From an uncultured Alphaproteobacteria bacterium (GTDB lineage: Bacteria > Pseudomonadota > Alphaproteobacteria > Rhizobiales > Methyloligellaceae): 64,000 bases of DNA. Where the stretch lies: assembly GCA_963798815.1 (NCBI GenBank), contig CAWCUW010000002.1:378311-442310 (forward strand), given 5' to 3'. Position 1 is the stretch's first letter. Every line of letters starts with the position of its first letter. The notes under the pieces were generated by a model. It was not told where the DNA came from and ran no database searches. It saw only the letters and a list, made by a program, of their open reading frames with translations. This document shows, piece after piece, positions 62,377-64,000 of the stretch. A program made the position numbers and the translations under genes.

Positions 62377-63354
62377 TTGGAGTCTGCCGCCATCGCCACG
62401 CTGCTCGACGGGCCCGATGAGGTGAAAGCGCGGCCGCGCCATCCGGAAAAGGCGCGGCTGCCCGACACGGCCGTGCTGCCGAAGCCCGCGTGGATCCGGG
62501 TGCGGGCGCCGGGCGCGCACGCCTTCGATCAGACCCGCGAGGTGCTGCGCGCGCATCGCCTTGCCACCGTGTGCGAGGAAGCGGCGTGCCCGAATATCGG
62601 CGAGTGCTGGGGCAAGCGCCACGCCACCTTCATGCTGATGGGCGATACCTGCACGCGCGCTTGCGCCTTCTGCAATGTGCGCACGGGAAAGCCCGGCGCG
62701 CTCGATGCGGGCGAACCGCCGCGCGTGGCAAGCGCCGTCGCGGCGCTTGGCCTCACCCATGTGGTGGTGACCTCGGTCGATCGCGACGATCTCGATGACG
62801 GCGGCGCCGCGCATTTCGCCGCGACCGTTCGCGCCATCAGAGCCGCGCGGCCAGAGACCAGCATCGAAATCTTGACTCCGGATTTTCTGCGCAAGGACGG
62901 CGCGCTCGACATCGTGCTTGGCGACACGCCCGATGTGTTCAACCACAATGTCGAGACGGTTCCCTCGCTCTACCGGCGCATTCGTCCGGGGGCGGATTAT
63001 CGTCACTCGCTCGCTCTGTTGGCGCGCGCCAAGGCGCTCCGTCCCGGCCTGTTCACCAAATCGGGCATCATGGTGGGACTCGGTGAAACCGACCAAGAGG
63101 TGCTCGCGGTGATGGACGACATGCGCGCGGCCTCGGTCGATTTTCTCACCATCGGCCAATATCTCCAGCCGACCCGCAAGCATGCGGCCATCGACCGCTT
63201 CGTTACCCCTGACGCGTTTCAGGCGTATAAGGAGGCCGCCGAGAAGAAAGGTTTCCTGCTGGTGGCCGCAAGCCCGCTCACCCGTTCGTCCTATCACGCG
63301 GCGCAAGACTTCGCCCGGCTCAAGGCCGCGCGCCAGGCGTCGCTCGGCGCCTGA
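62377..63354 (+). CDS. lipA: lipoyl synthase
   Basis: [20 protein letters not shown] and [10 protein letters not shown] (two Fe-S cluster motifs) are present. The start is uncertain: TTG at 62377, immediately after the upstream stop. Confidence 0.9.
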   Translation: MESAAIATLLDGPDEVKARPRHPEKARLPDTAVLPKPAWIRVRAPGAHAFDQTREVLRAHRLATVCEEAACPNIGECWGKRHATFMLMGDTCTRACAFCNVRTGKPGALDAGEPPRVASAVAALGLTHVVVTSVDRDDLDDGGAAHFAATVRAIRAARPETSIEILTPDFLRKDGALDIVLGDTPDVFNHNVETVPSLYRRIRPGADYRHSLALLARAKALRPGLFTKSGIMVGLGETDQEVLAVMDDMRAASVDFLTIGQYLQPTRKHAAIDRFVTPDAFQAYKEAAEKKGFLLVAASPLTRSSYHAAQDFARLKAARQASLGA

Positions 63355-63380
63355 CGCTCACCGAACCGGCGCAGACCCCC

Positions 63381-63857
63381 ATGCATGTTTACGAGACCAC
63401 GCATCCCGTCGCCCATTCGGCCGACGCGATGTTCGCGCTCGTCGCCAATGTCGAGGACTATCCGAAATTCCTGCCGCTGTGCGAGGACCTAAAGGTCACC
63501 CGTCGCGAGGAGCGCGAGGGCAGGGATGTGCTGGTCGCCACCATGACGGTGGGCTATGGCATGATCCACGAGAGCTTCACCACCCGCGTCCATCTCGACC
63601 GCGCCGCGCACGGCATCCTGGTCGAATATCTCGACGGGCCGTTCACCTTCCTGGAAAATCGCTGGCGGTTCCAACCGACCGGCGCGAATGCGAGCGAGGT
63701 GGCGTTCTATATCGCCTATGCCTTCCGCTCACGCCTGTTCGAGCGTCTGGTCGGCGGGCTATTCGCGCGCGCGGTCGAGCGCTACACGAGCGCGTTCGAG
63801 GCGCGCGCCGATGCGGTCTACGGGCCCAAGGTCGTGGCGCTCAACTCACACCAATGA
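63381..63857 (+). CDS. SRPBCC family protein (RatA / COQ10-like polyketide-cyclase fold)
   Basis: A 158-aa protein with VANVEDYPKFLPLCE and FLENRWRF motifs. I recall this family as the usual neighbour of lipA in alphaproteobacteria. Confidence 0.75.
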   Translation: MHVYETTHPVAHSADAMFALVANVEDYPKFLPLCEDLKVTRREEREGRDVLVATMTVGYGMIHESFTTRVHLDRAAHGILVEYLDGPFTFLENRWRFQPTGANASEVAFYIAYAFRSRLFERLVGGLFARAVERYTSAFEARADAVYGPKVVALNSHQ

Positions 63858-64000
63858 CCGAAGCAGCGTCAGCGCCTGCTCGACGCTCCGGCGCCTAATC
63901 TCGGTGCGCCCGAGATCGCCGAACAGGACCATCTCGTGGACGATCGACTGGTCGCGCCGGCCGGCGGCGAAATGCACAAGGCCAACCGGCTTCTCGACCG
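63846..64000 (-). CDS. CinA/PncC-like nicotinamide-nucleotide amidohydrolase, C-terminal end (5' part outside window)
   Basis: The minus-strand translation VEKPVGLVHFAAGRRDQSIVHEMVLFGDLGRTEIRRRSVEQALTLLRSLV* resembles CinA C-terminal domains (EKPVG.V). It is only 50 codons and absent from the ORF track. Confidence 0.5.
   Translation of the reverse strand, partial: VEKPVGLVHFAAGRRDQSIVHEMVLFGDLGRTEIRRRSVEQALTLLRSLV

Noticed and set aside
63381-63857. A RatA-type toxin of a toxin-antitoxin system.
   Set aside because: No small antitoxin-like partner gene lies adjacent. As I recall, this SRPBCC/COQ10-like gene is a conserved neighbour of lipA in alphaproteobacteria, so it is treated as housekeeping.

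Overview
This is a high-GC core chromosome segment from an alphaproteobacterium, with synteny typical of Hyphomicrobiales/Rhizobiales. It is almost entirely housekeeping. Gene order on the + strand starts nuoL(3' part)-nuoM-nuoN-birA-rnj-mce-DUF1467, then a 657-bp non-coding gap, then proS-lolE-lolD-dnaE and rpsB-tsf-pyrH-frr-uppS-cdsA-dxr-rseP-bamA-lpxD-fabZ-lpxA-lpxI. On the - strand come gltA and gltX, followed by comEC (+). Next on the - strand are lexA, moeA-moaC-trpC-trpD-trpG, a SixA-like phosphatase, trpE and ppiD. Back on the + strand are tpiA-hyp-secG-pyrG, a DNase I-like (EEP) pseudogene, and kdsA. On the - strand, queF-queD-queE and queC are separated by a palindromic repeat, two tandem c-type cytochrome paralogues and a small Cys-rich secreted protein. 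The + strand then carries eno-ftsB-pdhA-pdhB-GFA-pdhC-GNAT-membrane protein-lpdA, two YeaQ/GlsB genes, lipA and an SRPBCC gene, with a partial cinA-like gene (-) at the right edge. I saw no rRNA, tRNA, CRISPR array, transposase or integrase. I found no convincing new multi-gene system (no defence, toxin or secretion module). Four observations are the most unusual. (1) Eleven reading-frame breaks in nine conserved genes are all single-base insertions, which most likely reflects consensus error but needs checking. (2) REP-like nested-hairpin elements sit inside the inter-domain linkers of both lipoyl proteins of pyruvate dehydrogenase. One splits pdhB with in-frame stops; the other is carried in frame in pdhC. 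(3) A DNase I-like gene between pyrG and kdsA is inactivated by two stops at Tyr-equivalent positions. (4) A small accessory insert (two cytochromes c with a Gly7 tract after CxxCH, plus a Cys-rich secreted protein) interrupts the queuosine cluster. Matches to the alphaproteobacterial LexA box (GAAC-N7-GAAC) lie upstream of lexA and, less expectedly, of dnaE. All calls come from reading the sequence and the ORF translations. No database search or computed statistic was available.
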